Positions 31,707-42,551 of a stretch of DNA of 64,000 bases are shown here, in pieces (positions within the stretch are counted from its first letter, which is position 1; every line of letters starts with the position of its first letter). Source of the stretch: a virus (taxonomy: Duplodnaviria; Caudoviricetes). Made by a program: the position numbers and the translations under genes. Under the pieces are notes generated by a model that was not told where the DNA came from, ran no database searches, and was given only the letters and a program-made list of their open reading frames with translations. The stretch spans positions 128,001-192,000 of IMG/VR virus record IMGVR_UViG_2609460327_000001; one strand, given 5' to 3'.

Positions 31707-33534
31707 ACCTATTAAGAATAATTCGCAGCTCCTGTATGAGCAGGCGAAAGCACAATTCGATGCAGCTAAAGCCGCATTCGATGATGGAAGCATTAAGACA
31801 AATACGAAGCTGATACAGACTGTCTTCCAAGCGTTCGAGAGCTTCTTCACTTCGATAGGGCAACCGCAGATGGTCTTGCGGCTTGCTCCCGAAGGCGGGC
31901 CGCCATGGTCAGAAGATTACAACAACATGATGGATGAGATTAAAAAAGACATGGAGATTATGTATCAGGAGATTGATCTGATCGGCAGGGCGCTGTACAC
32001 GGATTTCAATCATAACATGGTACAGCACAGCATCCTGCAAAGTCAGTTCGGTGTGATACAGGATAAGCTAAAAGACCTTCAGCTTCTATCTTCTAATATG
32101 CAGTCGAACGGAAAGATCACTTTCCACCGCAATGACTTTCTGAATAACGATAAGATTGATTATGATCGCACAACCGGAACGGCAGCTAGTATTGAGAACG
32201 GGATTGTGACGTTACCGCAGACGGACAGTATCAACTTAAGTCAGGTGGCACAGGTTACGATCATTCCAGGAAACAAGACTTACGACAGCTTCATTCTCGG
32301 CACGGAGTCCAACGGATTCCCTGGCAATAATCATGAGGTGACAGTGAGCGGAGGAAACACTCAGAATGACTACACCTACCAGTATGTTGGCGGTAAAAAC
32401 AATCACGCCGCATACGGATCCGTGCTTGATGGAAACCCGGATACATGGTTCGAATACGAGTTGGTGAATATCCGAGATCATGATAAGCAGAACGTGGCCA
32501 AGAACCTAGGCTTTGCTTATCAGGTGCATGGAAATCAAAGATTGAATTGGGCAAGAGATCCGGAGAATGGCGTGCTGAAGCTTCATATGCAGATCATCTT
32601 GAATGAAGCGACAACCGTAAATGCAATAGATGTTGAGATGTATACACCTCCGAACCAAGGTGCAAGAACAGCAATCGTAAAAGACATTCTTATTTCAGAC
32701 GGCAGCGGGATGCCAGAATCCGTAATCGGGTCAAATAAAAAAGATGATGATTATGTATTTCATTTTGCTCCACGAACAGCCAAAGTCATTTCTGTACTGT
32801 TTGAACAGCGAACAAAGTATTACACCGATATTGGCCATGAGTACTATGAGCAGAATCAGCAAGCCGGAAGCGATATTGACTATGCCATGAATACCGCAAC
32901 CAAGCAGGTTAAGCCAGGCTATCTTCCCCGAGTGGAAGGTCCGCTCATGGCACTGCAAGATATCGGTGTTGAAGTTAGCGTAAAGGATTCATCTGTTAAC
33001 GCCTACTATCCGCTTCAAGGTGAAGACGCTTCAAGTCCGGTGCTCGATGATGCCATTACTTCTTTATCGAGAGGCATCACACAGCAGACGATTGATATCG
33101 GCACAGAGCGCTTCGAGGGCTGGCGCTACACTATCGGCATCCGAAACATTAATGTTTACTCCTATGAGTATGAGCAAAGCGGAGAGATCGTAACAGAGCC
33201 TTATTTCTTTGAGCAGCCGCTAGAGAAGATTACGCTGTCTGTCGATGAAGACAATCCTCTCATGATTGAAAATGCACAGCCAGGAACGGAGTATAAATGG
33301 ATTAAATACTTTATCTCCATCGACGATGGTGCAACGTGGTATCCGATTTCACCGCTTGAGCATCAAGAGTATAACAGTGGTGGGGAAGAGGCGCCGCCTA
33401 AAATATATACGGTGCAGCAGGTAGAGAAGTCGAGCCAAGCACTTACGACAAAGACCGGCTATATTGAATCAGAATATCCAGTATATAGTCTCAGATTAAG
33501 AATGCTATTCGAAAGACCGGAGGATGAAGAATGA
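31699..33534 (+). CDS. about 611 aa structural protein (paralogue family member 2)
   Basis: Start moved to ATG 31699 (RBS GAGGTG). SEDYNNMMDEIKKDMEIMY; VLDGNPDTWF; ISIDDGATWYPISP. Confidence 0.65.
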   Translation: MSEPIKNNSQLLYEQAKAQFDAAKAAFDDGSIKTNTKLIQTVFQAFESFFTSIGQPQMVLRLAPEGGPPWSEDYNNMMDEIKKDMEIMYQEIDLIGRALYTDFNHNMVQHSILQSQFGVIQDKLKDLQLLSSNMQSNGKITFHRNDFLNNDKIDYDRTTGTAASIENGIVTLPQTDSINLSQVAQVTIIPGNKTYDSFILGTESNGFPGNNHEVTVSGGNTQNDYTYQYVGGKNNHAAYGSVLDGNPDTWFEYELVNIRDHDKQNVAKNLGFAYQVHGNQRLNWARDPENGVLKLHMQIILNEATTVNAIDVEMYTPPNQGARTAIVKDILISDGSGMPESVIGSNKKDDDYVFHFAPRTAKVISVLFEQRTKYYTDIGHEYYEQNQQAGSDIDYAMNTATKQVKPGYLPRVEGPLMALQDIGVEVSVKDSSVNAYYPLQGEDASSPVLDDAITSLSRGITQQTIDIGTERFEGWRYTIGIRNINVYSYEYEQSGEIVTEPYFFEQPLEKITLSVDEDNPLMIENAQPGTEYKWIKYFISIDDGATWYPISPLEHQEYNSGGEEAPPKIYTVQQVEKSSQALTTKTGYIESEYPVYSLRLRMLFERPEDEE

Positions 33535-36500
33535 CCCAGAAGAATAAAACGCCTCTCTTAAAAGGCTTCACGATTAAAGCATACACTGGCGCGGAGGCTT
33601 CCGATAGCGAAGCTTCCCTGCGCAGGGCAAGTACAAGCGAATCCGGCAGCGGTTCTGACGTTGTTGATCCGCCGTATTATCCGCCAGAGCCTACGGATCC
33701 GTCTGCGCCAGATAACCCTGGGGGCGGTGGGACGAATCCAACCAATCCAACTGACCCAGAGAATCCAGGAGGCGGCGGAGGATCGGGTGACGAAGATAAC
33801 CCAGGAGGCGGAAGCAATCCTGACAATCCGGGCGGAGGCGGCGGAACGGACGACCCAGAAGATGATCTTCCTGACGACCCTAGTGATGGTGTCTCGAGTA
33901 ATGGGCGCATCTATATTAGAATCCTTGAAAGAAAAGACAATCCGGATAAGTACTGCTTAGGAATAGATTATCCTGTTAAGGTGCGTGCTTGGACAGCGAG
34001 TGAAGAAGAGAAGATTATAAAAATTGTTCTCAAATTCAAAATGCGGCACAAAGGTGGCAAGCTAACAGAGTTTGTTTATAAAGAATACACCTATCCTGGA
34101 AGTGTTGAAGAGAGCATTGAACTCGTCATACCAAAGGCAACATTGGATGAATGGGGAGTTAAAGAAAGAACTTATCTGCAATTGATTGCTGTCGTTTATA
34201 CGGACCAAGGAAGAGATACACACACCACAGACTATGTGAGATTCGAAAACTGTGGGGAAGAGGAGGATGATCCAGATAAAGATACAGACGGGGATGGGAT
34301 TCCAGATAAAGATGATCCTAATCCTGAGCAGCCAGATGAGCTGCAAGTCACCATCACACCTAAGACAACAGAGATATGCTATGGTGATGATTTAATCGTG
34401 TCTGGAGTGGCTGACGGCCCGTATCCAATTACGAAAGTCGTTATGCTTGTCAACGGAACACCTCTTGAAGATATCGTCACAGAGGAGCCTACAGAGCCGG
34501 AGACGCCGACTGAGCCGAACACGCCGAACAGCATCAGCTATTTTGTAGACGGCTCAATCTCACCATCAAGTATTAACCAAGATTACTGGACAGGAAATAA
34601 AGCCTTTAGCGGGAATGTCCAAATTACTGCAGGTAATATCGTGCCACTGAATATACAGCCTAACTTCTTTACCGGAAGAAACCAATGGCTTGATTTCATG
34701 GAGAAGGTTAGACGAGCGCTTGCTCCTGAAGAAGATACGATCTATACCAAAAGCAATATCAGTATTCAGAATTTTCATGCCTATCTATGGAAGTTCCATC
34801 AAGACAACTTAAGAGGACTAGTCACATTACCTCAGCCGTGGTCGACGTTTAAGTCGTGGGCGGTAAGTAATTTACCGGGATTGACGGAGCTTCAGCTGGG
34901 CAGCATCTATGCAACCTATAAGATCAAGGCCATCAGCTTCTTCTTCCCAAGTGCAAGCTCATATCTTTCAGGAGATATTATTGATACGTTGTCTGACCTT
35001 GTGGCCAAGACGAATACGTACACCTATCACTGGATCGACTTCAATGATATTCAAGGTAATCCGAGTGTCGCGGCTTGGGCGAAGGATGGGGAGCTGCCGC
35101 AATTTTATTCCTTTATTAATTTTGAACCTGATGCCTTGAATGCCAGTGTCATCAATCTTATGGCATACCGGCCAACAGATTATACGTCTAACTCTTCAAG
35201 GGATGAGAGCGACACGCTGACGCCGCTGGACAAATACAAGAGCTACTGGCTCCCAGTAGGATCGCTAGGAACAGCAGACCTGCAGACACTCAACAACAAT
35301 CAGCCCGCATGCCGACCATACATTGCAGGAGAGATTGCAATCCATGAGATTGGACATGCTGTTGGATTCTACGGGGCGGACTATTATAAGTTTGATGCTG
35401 GCCATAAATATGCAAGCGACATAGGTAAGAGCCTGCACGACTACAGAGAATGGCAAGAGATTAGCGGGTGGGACTCCATCAACTGGTCGGGTATGAGACA
35501 ATACTACAAGCTAAATAAATCGAATCCGGGAACGAAGCTAGACAACGGAAAAGAAGCACCTGTCACTGCTTATGGATGTACGCAGCCCGCAGAAGGATTC
35601 GCTGAAGCTTACAGATTGTACATTATCAATCCAAGTTTCCTGAGAGACAACTTCCCTAAGCAATACGCATTCATGGAGAAGTACGTTAAGAACATGGAAT
35701 CCATTGATGTAATGAGCACGGCAAGCTTCAGAAGAATGAGTGAGACGGTTGTGATCGATGGCTACCATAGTCCTTTCTGGATGGCTGCTTCGCCTTATGA
35801 ACAAACCTTCAACTTCCGATACCCAACGCTTGGTCATGAAGTAGGTGACAGCTTTGTGGTTGAAGTGAAGGCTTATGATAGCGAAGGTAACGAGGCATCC
35901 GACAGCATGACGGTCACAGTGAAGGATTGCTCAATTGATCCGGAAGGACCGAAGGTGAGAGACTGCTTAATGTTCGATACACTGCATGTGGAATACTACG
36001 ATGCCAATCTTCAAGACATTAAAAAGTTTGATATTCCTGCCGACTGGCTCCCGTATGAAATTAACAATGGTGACGGGGCAACGGCCATGTTCGGATGGGG
36101 AGAAGACGACACGATTACTGCATGGTTTAAAGATGGAGGAAACAGCAGTGGCTACGGATTCCAGCTCAGCTCGATTGGCGTCAATTATTTGGATGAACAC
36201 AATAATGCAAAAACAGCCTGGGCATCCAACATCTATTACGAAACCGCAGGTGTAAAGAACAGCAGGAAGATGCTTGGTGATCCTACAGGTAAAGATACTT
36301 CATGGATGAATCAAATCCTCACAAGCGGCAGCTATACGGAAAGCCCATCGATCGGATCGAAAGGTGACTATGTTAAATTCAAATTCCCTTCTGCTTGGAG
36401 TTCGAATCAATGTCCGATCAATAAAGATATTATCCGTCCAGAAGATGATGACTCGCCAGAAGAAGATCCAACGAACCCGAACGTTCCAGATTATGATCCG

Positions 36501-38513
36501 GAGAAGAATCCAGTCCGCGACTGCTTGATGCTAGATAAGATCATCTTCCAGTATTACAGTGACGTGACCAAAGAAATGCAGACGAATATTGTGCCTTTGG
36601 AATGGCTTGTAACTCAGGAGTTGACGATCGAGACGAAGGCGGGGCCTGTTACACTGGTTGCAGGATGGTCGGATTATTATAAAGGCGTATCGCTTATGAT
36701 CCGGAATGCAACCGGCGCAAACAACATCTTCCTAACGGGAGTCGGCATCATCTTCAAAGACTTCTATGATGATTCGAAAACCGCATGGGCTTCGGATATT
36801 AACTTCAAGACAGCAGGAGCAAAGAACACCGGCTGGATGACTGGCGGGCCGAAGAACTTAGATGAGCTGCCATGGGTGGCAGAAGTAGATGCAGGAAACT
36901 ACGGCAATGCCCCTGTGATCGGTAAGACAGGAGACTTCATTGTAAGCAAGCACATGGATTTATTTACTTCTCAGGTCTGCTCCATTGATCCAGAGCATAA
37001 CTCTGACCCGGAAACAGGGGTAGGAGCTGATCCAATTCTTGAAGTCACTGTGCCATCACTTAATCCGGAAGAGATTACGCATTGTAATACAGACCCATTA
37101 ACCATTGGAGGATATGCAGAGATTGCACCTAAAGTTACTGAGATTAAAGCGACATTCAATGGAGAAGAGTTCTATCAACGAAATGGTAATGCGTTTCACG
37201 AAGACTTTAACTTCACGATTCCTTCAAGAGCGTTTGGAGAAGGTGGATCAGGAGGAAGCAGCGAAGGTGGCATTGCAGATATTATCTTCTTAATTGACTA
37301 CTCCGGAAGTATGGGTGAACACATTGCCTCAGTTGCAGACAATGTAAACAACTTCATCAGAAGGCTGAACGATGACAACGTAGACTATCGACTTGGATGT
37401 GTGCGATACAGCGATATTAACTATAGTGAACCGACTACCAAGACATCGTTGACCACAAGCGCTTCAGAGTTTGAATCCATGCTAAGAGCAATTGTACTGG
37501 CCGGTGGAGGAGATACAAGAGAATCGGTTCTGGAATCCATTATGGATCCTGTGAATGGGGCACTCACTTATGATTTTAGAGAGAATGCTGCGAAGCACTT
37601 TGTCTTAGTGACCGATGCGCATTTCCACGATAAAGAAGTGGATGGAATGTCTATCTATACCGCAGCTCAAGCCATAAGTGCTATGAGGGAAAAAGGTGTT
37701 ATCATCAACATCATTGGTCCGATGGGTGAAGGAATGTTCACGCTAAAACAGCTTAGTGATGGAACTGGTGGACAGTACCTTGATATCAAAGGAGACTACG
37801 GAAACCAGCTCACGAGTATTTCTGGCCAGATATCAGAGGATGCAGGTGAACTCATATCTGGATACGTAGTTATTACAGCAACCGGCACAGATGGCAAGAC
37901 TGTAACACGCCGAATTAAAATCAATGTAGTGGATTGCTCGGTGCCACCGCCAGGGTCAACACCAGATGAAGGAAACATCGAAAACAGCTACGACTTACTC
38001 TTTAGATTAAGATGGGGCATTCCAACAAACACTGCCTCTGACGCAAGATCAGATATGGATCTTCACGGATACCTTGATAGAGATGAGGCTAAGCATATAT
38101 TTTACGGCTCTCGCGTGGATGCTGAGTATCCGGGTTATCGATCATATATTGAAGGAACGAATAAGATTTATCTAAACTTTGACTATGCTGACCATATGAG
38201 AAATAGTGGGATCGACCATTGGAATAATGAAGTGGAAATCATTACAGTAGATGGGTTTGTTAACCGAACACTTACTCTTGTAGTCGATAAATATTACGGC
38301 GTGGATGTTTCTGATCTTGATCGAGCACCGCAGGTTGAAATTGTGGATGCAGGAACAGGATCTATACTTCAGACAATCGTTCTGAGTCCTACTGACTTCA
38401 ATTCGAAGCGTTCTATTATCGTCTGTGATATTGCTCTAAAAAACCCTGGTCAAACTAAAATATCTGATATTACAATAAGAAAAGAACCAAGAGATTATCC
38501 AACTCCAAATTAA
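33531..38513 (+). CDS. 1660 aa multidomain protein: Pro/Gly linker, TSP3-like Ca-binding repeat, HExxH zinc metallopeptidase, duplicated domain, von Willebrand A domain
   Basis: DTDGDGIPDKDD; IAIHEIGHAV...EGFAEAY; two VRDCLMxD domains; DIIFLIDYSGSM (MIDAS)...VLVTDA. Confidence 0.75.
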   Translation: MTQKNKTPLLKGFTIKAYTGAEASDSEASLRRASTSESGSGSDVVDPPYYPPEPTDPSAPDNPGGGGTNPTNPTDPENPGGGGGSGDEDNPGGGSNPDNPGGGGGTDDPEDDLPDDPSDGVSSNGRIYIRILERKDNPDKYCLGIDYPVKVRAWTASEEEKIIKIVLKFKMRHKGGKLTEFVYKEYTYPGSVEESIELVIPKATLDEWGVKERTYLQLIAVVYTDQGRDTHTTDYVRFENCGEEEDDPDKDTDGDGIPDKDDPNPEQPDELQVTITPKTTEICYGDDLIVSGVADGPYPITKVVMLVNGTPLEDIVTEEPTEPETPTEPNTPNSISYFVDGSISPSSINQDYWTGNKAFSGNVQITAGNIVPLNIQPNFFTGRNQWLDFMEKVRRALAPEEDTIYTKSNISIQNFHAYLWKFHQDNLRGLVTLPQPWSTFKSWAVSNLPGLTELQLGSIYATYKIKAISFFFPSASSYLSGDIIDTLSDLVAKTNTYTYHWIDFNDIQGNPSVAAWAKDGELPQFYSFINFEPDALNASVINLMAYRPTDYTSNSSRDESDTLTPLDKYKSYWLPVGSLGTADLQTLNNNQPACRPYIAGEIAIHEIGHAVGFYGADYYKFDAGHKYASDIGKSLHDYREWQEISGWDSINWSGMRQYYKLNKSNPGTKLDNGKEAPVTAYGCTQPAEGFAEAYRLYIINPSFLRDNFPKQYAFMEKYVKNMESIDVMSTASFRRMSETVVIDGYHSPFWMAASPYEQTFNFRYPTLGHEVGDSFVVEVKAYDSEGNEASDSMTVTVKDCSIDPEGPKVRDCLMFDTLHVEYYDANLQDIKKFDIPADWLPYEINNGDGATAMFGWGEDDTITAWFKDGGNSSGYGFQLSSIGVNYLDEHNNAKTAWASNIYYETAGVKNSRKMLGDPTGKDTSWMNQILTSGSYTESPSIGSKGDYVKFKFPSAWSSNQCPINKDIIRPEDDDSPEEDPTNPNVPDYDPEKNPVRDCLMLDKIIFQYYSDVTKEMQTNIVPLEWLVTQELTIETKAGPVTLVAGWSDYYKGVSLMIRNATGANNIFLTGVGIIFKDFYDDSKTAWASDINFKTAGAKNTGWMTGGPKNLDELPWVAEVDAGNYGNAPVIGKTGDFIVSKHMDLFTSQVCSIDPEHNSDPETGVGADPILEVTVPSLNPEEITHCNTDPLTIGGYAEIAPKVTEIKATFNGEEFYQRNGNAFHEDFNFTIPSRAFGEGGSGGSSEGGIADIIFLIDYSGSMGEHIASVADNVNNFIRRLNDDNVDYRLGCVRYSDINYSEPTTKTSLTTSASEFESMLRAIVLAGGGDTRESVLESIMDPVNGALTYDFRENAAKHFVLVTDAHFHDKEVDGMSIYTAAQAISAMREKGVIINIIGPMGEGMFTLKQLSDGTGGQYLDIKGDYGNQLTSISGQISEDAGELISGYVVITATGTDGKTVTRRIKINVVDCSVPPPGSTPDEGNIENSYDLLFRLRWGIPTNTASDARSDMDLHGYLDRDEAKHIFYGSRVDAEYPGYRSYIEGTNKIYLNFDYADHMRNSGIDHWNNEVEIITVDGFVNRTLTLVVDKYYGVDVSDLDRAPQVEIVDAGTGSILQTIVLSPTDFNSKRSIIVCDIALKNPGQTKISDITIRKEPRDYPTPN
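33705..33885 (+). repeat. coding low-complexity repeat (NPGGGG / TDP units)
   Basis: Four to five imperfect D/E-N-P-G-G-G repeats in the translation. Confidence 0.7.
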
Positions 38514-38526
38514 GAGGTGATGAGCT

Positions 38527-40593
38527 ATGGGCATCCGGCAGACACAGCTGTCGCGCACAGTAGAAAAGATCGTAAGGTCCTATCTGCAGCGCGGAAGATA
38601 TCCCAGTATTCAAACCATCACTTATCATCTAGGGCAGTGGCTCCGGGAGCATACTCCTGGGGCTCCGTCCTTTTCGCCTCGTAAGGTTCTCCGCAAAGAG
38701 AAGTCGGACAGCGAAAGCTACAATGATAATGTGATGATGATTAGACAGGACATTGGCGATCTGTATGACGCCACAATTAATCAAACCATTCGAATTATGA
38801 ATGACTTTAACTTTGCCGAGACAGAACGCGCCAAAATCAATCATGAACTATCGATGCTATCGAAGAAGATTGATCAGCTTCTCCTTGTATCAGGCGCAGG
38901 CAGCAGCTACCTAGATACGGTTATTGAAGACTTCATTGATACGAGTCGGATGAATACCGGCAATAGTACAGTAGCCATTGATCTGAATAACGGTCAAATC
39001 ACATTGAAAGAGAATCAAAGGCAGAGTAATAAAGTTTTACTATCAGGATCTCAAGCAACTTTTAATGCACTTACACCTAACGTAAAGCAGTCTGCTATCG
39101 AAACGATCAACAATGCGTTCGATGATAATATTAATACAGCTTGGTGGCATGTAATTAAAACGACAGGGCCAGGCACCGTAAAAGCAGAGCTGACGATCAG
39201 GTTGGCCAGTGTAGAAGAGATTAATGAAATAGAGTATATTGCTCATCACGGTAAACCAGTTTTGATCCAAGTAGAATACTCTCTTGATGGATCGACATTC
39301 ACACCGCTGCCTGAAAAGAATAACAAGCAATCCGTAAGTAATCGAGCGGTATGGAACTTCTCTCAGTTGAAAGTGAAGGCAATTAAGTTCACCTACGAGA
39401 AGAAGGACCATGATGATAATTCTGCCGGCGTGTATAACTACTACTTCGGTGCAAAGAGTATTTCGATTTCAAAGAAAAGCTATCTCAGCGAAGGCACCTT
39501 AATTACGCAGCCATTTGTATTTAGTTCTGATAACATCAATATGGTTTCGCTTAGCGCCTCACAGGATATCCCTTTCGGGACAACGATTGATTATGAAGTT
39601 GCGCTAACGAATGAAACAACTGCACTGGATAGCCTAATCTGGTATCCGATCAGCCCCTCTGAAGACACAACTCCTAAATATTCGAAGACAGTAGAGTTTA
39701 ACGCTCGCGCATCGAAGAATATAGAGTTTGGACAAGCAGAAGCTACGCAGGAAGTAAAGAATGGCATGAAGGTATTTAGGCTCCTCAAAGATGACAAAGA
39801 CGGCACCCTACCAGAAAGCTTTGACGATATCCAGAATCCTATCCTGCTTCGCGGAATTAATCAGTGGAGAAGAGAGCGGTCTTATATTAAGTTTGACGGC
39901 ACCATCCCGCTGAACAGCACATGGAAGTCACAATATGATAACCGGCCAGATTCAATCCGTACTGACTATCAAGCTATCGGCAACCAATTAAATTTGCGCC
40001 GTGAGAATGGCGGCAAGTCCGATAATTTCTATCGCTTCACCACTTGTGTGTATAGCGAAGAAGCCAGAGTAGAACCACTATCCCTGGCTGTCATTCAGAC
40101 TGTATCCGGCGTAAGAAAACGTATTGGAACATATGCAGTATATGTAGATGGTAAACGTATGGTACCGTCCAATGAAGAAGTAACTTTGACATTGGCAGCA
40201 GGATGGAGTGAGATTCAAATCCTATTCCATTGGGGAGATATGCAGCTTCGGCAGGATTTTACAGATGGCGATCTGCCTAATGAAACCCTGCTAGGCAAAT
40301 TCAACTTCCTCTTGGAGAAACGGGTAAGGGCAGATAAGGATAGTCTCAAGATCGTGGACGAGCATTCACTGTATTACAATATCTCCCCGAATAATAGAGA
40401 CTACTTCGCGATTTATGAAAACCAAGTCGTGCTGAATTACCTACCAACAAATTGCATCTTCCAGTTGGTCTATGAAGTCATTGATAGTTCTATTCAGAAT
40501 AATCAAGTCGTGATGAGAGCTTCGATGAGGCGGGAAGAAAGTATTCCACACATCACGCCGAAAATAATGCGTCTGCAGCTGCAAGCGAAGTGA
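38527..40593 (+). CDS. 688 aa structural protein (paralogue family member 3)
   Basis: RBS GAGGTG. SDSESYNDNVMMIRQDIGDLY; NAFDDNINTAWW; C-terminal ITPKIMRLQL. Confidence 0.65.
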   Translation: MGIRQTQLSRTVEKIVRSYLQRGRYPSIQTITYHLGQWLREHTPGAPSFSPRKVLRKEKSDSESYNDNVMMIRQDIGDLYDATINQTIRIMNDFNFAETERAKINHELSMLSKKIDQLLLVSGAGSSYLDTVIEDFIDTSRMNTGNSTVAIDLNNGQITLKENQRQSNKVLLSGSQATFNALTPNVKQSAIETINNAFDDNINTAWWHVIKTTGPGTVKAELTIRLASVEEINEIEYIAHHGKPVLIQVEYSLDGSTFTPLPEKNNKQSVSNRAVWNFSQLKVKAIKFTYEKKDHDDNSAGVYNYYFGAKSISISKKSYLSEGTLITQPFVFSSDNINMVSLSASQDIPFGTTIDYEVALTNETTALDSLIWYPISPSEDTTPKYSKTVEFNARASKNIEFGQAEATQEVKNGMKVFRLLKDDKDGTLPESFDDIQNPILLRGINQWRRERSYIKFDGTIPLNSTWKSQYDNRPDSIRTDYQAIGNQLNLRRENGGKSDNFYRFTTCVYSEEARVEPLSLAVIQTVSGVRKRIGTYAVYVDGKRMVPSNEEVTLTLAAGWSEIQILFHWGDMQLRQDFTDGDLPNETLLGKFNFLLEKRVRADKDSLKIVDEHSLYYNISPNNRDYFAIYENQVVLNYLPTNCIFQLVYEVIDSSIQNNQVVMRASMRREESIPHITPKIMRLQLQAK

Positions 40594-40601
40594 GGTAGCT
40601 T

Positions 40602-42551
40602 ATGCCAACAATAGAAAAAGTACTATTTTATTTTGATGATGATAATGTATTTCCTTACGAAATGGACTTCGCTGATGTGCTTGGCAATACCGGTATCAGT
40701 ACATCGGAAGGCTATAGTATTGTGCCTGAGATTCAGAGCGCAGACAACCTGACAATCCGCATTGTAAACTTTGCTCCACCGTTGTCCTCACCATCAAGCA
40801 AGTTCGGCAGTCTCTTGGGGATTGCTTATGTTTACGATAATGGGGTAAAGAGTTGGATAGAAGAAGTTGTTCGGTACGGACCTAATTCAAGCAATCTGGA
40901 AGTGGCAATAGGGGATTGGGTTGACGGAAAAACGATCAGCCAGGTTCGAAGCGATGCCCGGTACCGAAAGCCATACATCGGATATGTTGAAGCACAGGAT
41001 TATGTAGAGTACAGAATTGAAGCGTATCAGGACCCACCGCCACCGCATGTACCACTATCAGGAACAATTGATCCTCCCGAAGTACGTATCCGGATTGGAG
41101 AAACGGCCAGCTTCAAGATTACTTTAACCGGTAGCAATACAACCATTAGAGATTGCGATTGGTTCTATGATGCAGACTCAACCATTGTAAGGCCGATCTC
41201 GTTCACGGATTTAACCAATAGTGCTCGTTTTAGCAGAGCAGGAACATATCACGTAACGTATAATGTGAATAATACAATAGGTGAAAATTTCACAATAAGT
41301 GCGCCCATATATGTCGCTGATCCTGCGCCTATACTCGTTGATATCCTTCAACCAAGTACACACTCTTTGTCGCAAGGTGAGAGTTTGGCCCTCGATGCTA
41401 TTGCCGAATCAGAAGCCGAGATTAGTCTCAGGCGGTGGGATATTCCGACAGGAGTAGATATTCTTAACCAGAATGGGGAGCAGGCTATACTCAGCTTTAA
41501 TCGTCTTGGAACGTATACGATCAAGTTCTATGCTGAGAATGTAGAGGGATCGCACGGCGAAGATTCAGTTGTCGTTTCCGTATTGGAACCGCCAAAGAAA
41601 AAGCCAGGAATAGAATTATGGATTGGCACTAATGATGGCCAGGTGCAAGTTAATCCTTCGATTATGATGAATGAGCTGCCGATCAATAAGGATGATATTT
41701 TTCTATCCTACAAAAATAGCGGAGATTCGGCTTGGAAATTTGTCGAATTTAAGGTAGAGGTCGGTGCAGAATCATTCACCTACATGGATGGGCGCACTCA
41801 GATACAAGAATCGGTAACGATTGCTGCCGGTGGAGAATACCGAATCCGCGCAGCACTGCATGATTACGATGCTCGTAAGAGGTATACGATTATTCTTAAG
41901 GCTGTCATGAATGATGATCAAGGACAAGCACTCACGAGATTCTATGAATTAAGATGGATCGCCACGGCAGATGACGGATACGATCTAGTGATCGTAGAGC
42001 GCAGGGATGATAATTACCACTACCCAAATATCATGAAGCGTAATGCAAGATATCGGGGGCAGCGCGAATCAGAGAAGGTATTATCTGATCACCAAGAACA
42101 GATTTTAGACATCCGATTGAATCACATGATGATAGAAAATCATACGAAAAATCAAGATGATGCCGTAAAATCGTGGTTTCAGGGGGAAAACGAAGCTGGA
42201 GTGGAAAATATTACGTATTCTGCAGTAAAAACGTTCAGTATAAATATGGAACAAACCAGTTACCCTCTCATGCCTGGAGTGGCAGAAAGCTCTTTTTCAA
42301 GGCTTGTGGTATTCTTAGATGGAGCAGAACTCAATAGTCCTGGGGATTTTGTGTTCGAAAACGGATATATCAAATTAAAAAGTAACGCGTTACAAATTGG
42401 AGATATGAAAGTCGAGTACACTGTAACGGTTGCGGTGGCCGAACAGAAGATGAACGGCCTTTATCCTGTGGCAAATAGGATGAATCAGATGAATGAGCAT
42501 TTGGCTGAATTAGAGAGGAGACTTCAGAGCTATGAGAATGCCTACAAGTAA
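40602..42551 (+). CDS. 649 aa structural protein with PKD/Ig-like repeats (family motif in C-terminal half)
   Basis: FSRAGTYHVTY and FNRLGTYTIKF PKD-like strands; PNIMKRNARYRGQRESEK motif. Confidence 0.65.
   Translation: MPTIEKVLFYFDDDNVFPYEMDFADVLGNTGISTSEGYSIVPEIQSADNLTIRIVNFAPPLSSPSSKFGSLLGIAYVYDNGVKSWIEEVVRYGPNSSNLEVAIGDWVDGKTISQVRSDARYRKPYIGYVEAQDYVEYRIEAYQDPPPPHVPLSGTIDPPEVRIRIGETASFKITLTGSNTTIRDCDWFYDADSTIVRPISFTDLTNSARFSRAGTYHVTYNVNNTIGENFTISAPIYVADPAPILVDILQPSTHSLSQGESLALDAIAESEAEISLRRWDIPTGVDILNQNGEQAILSFNRLGTYTIKFYAENVEGSHGEDSVVVSVLEPPKKKPGIELWIGTNDGQVQVNPSIMMNELPINKDDIFLSYKNSGDSAWKFVEFKVEVGAESFTYMDGRTQIQESVTIAAGGEYRIRAALHDYDARKRYTIILKAVMNDDQGQALTRFYELRWIATADDGYDLVIVERRDDNYHYPNIMKRNARYRGQRESEKVLSDHQEQILDIRLNHMMIENHTKNQDDAVKSWFQGENEAGVENITYSAVKTFSINMEQTSYPLMPGVAESSFSRLVVFLDGAELNSPGDFVFENGYIKLKSNALQIGDMKVEYTVTVAVAEQKMNGLYPVANRMNQMNEHLAELERRLQSYENAYK

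Noticed and set aside
33705-33885. Repeat region as a possible CRISPR array or DNA-level repeat
   Set aside because: The repeats are codon-degenerate protein linker units with no constant repeat-spacer structure.
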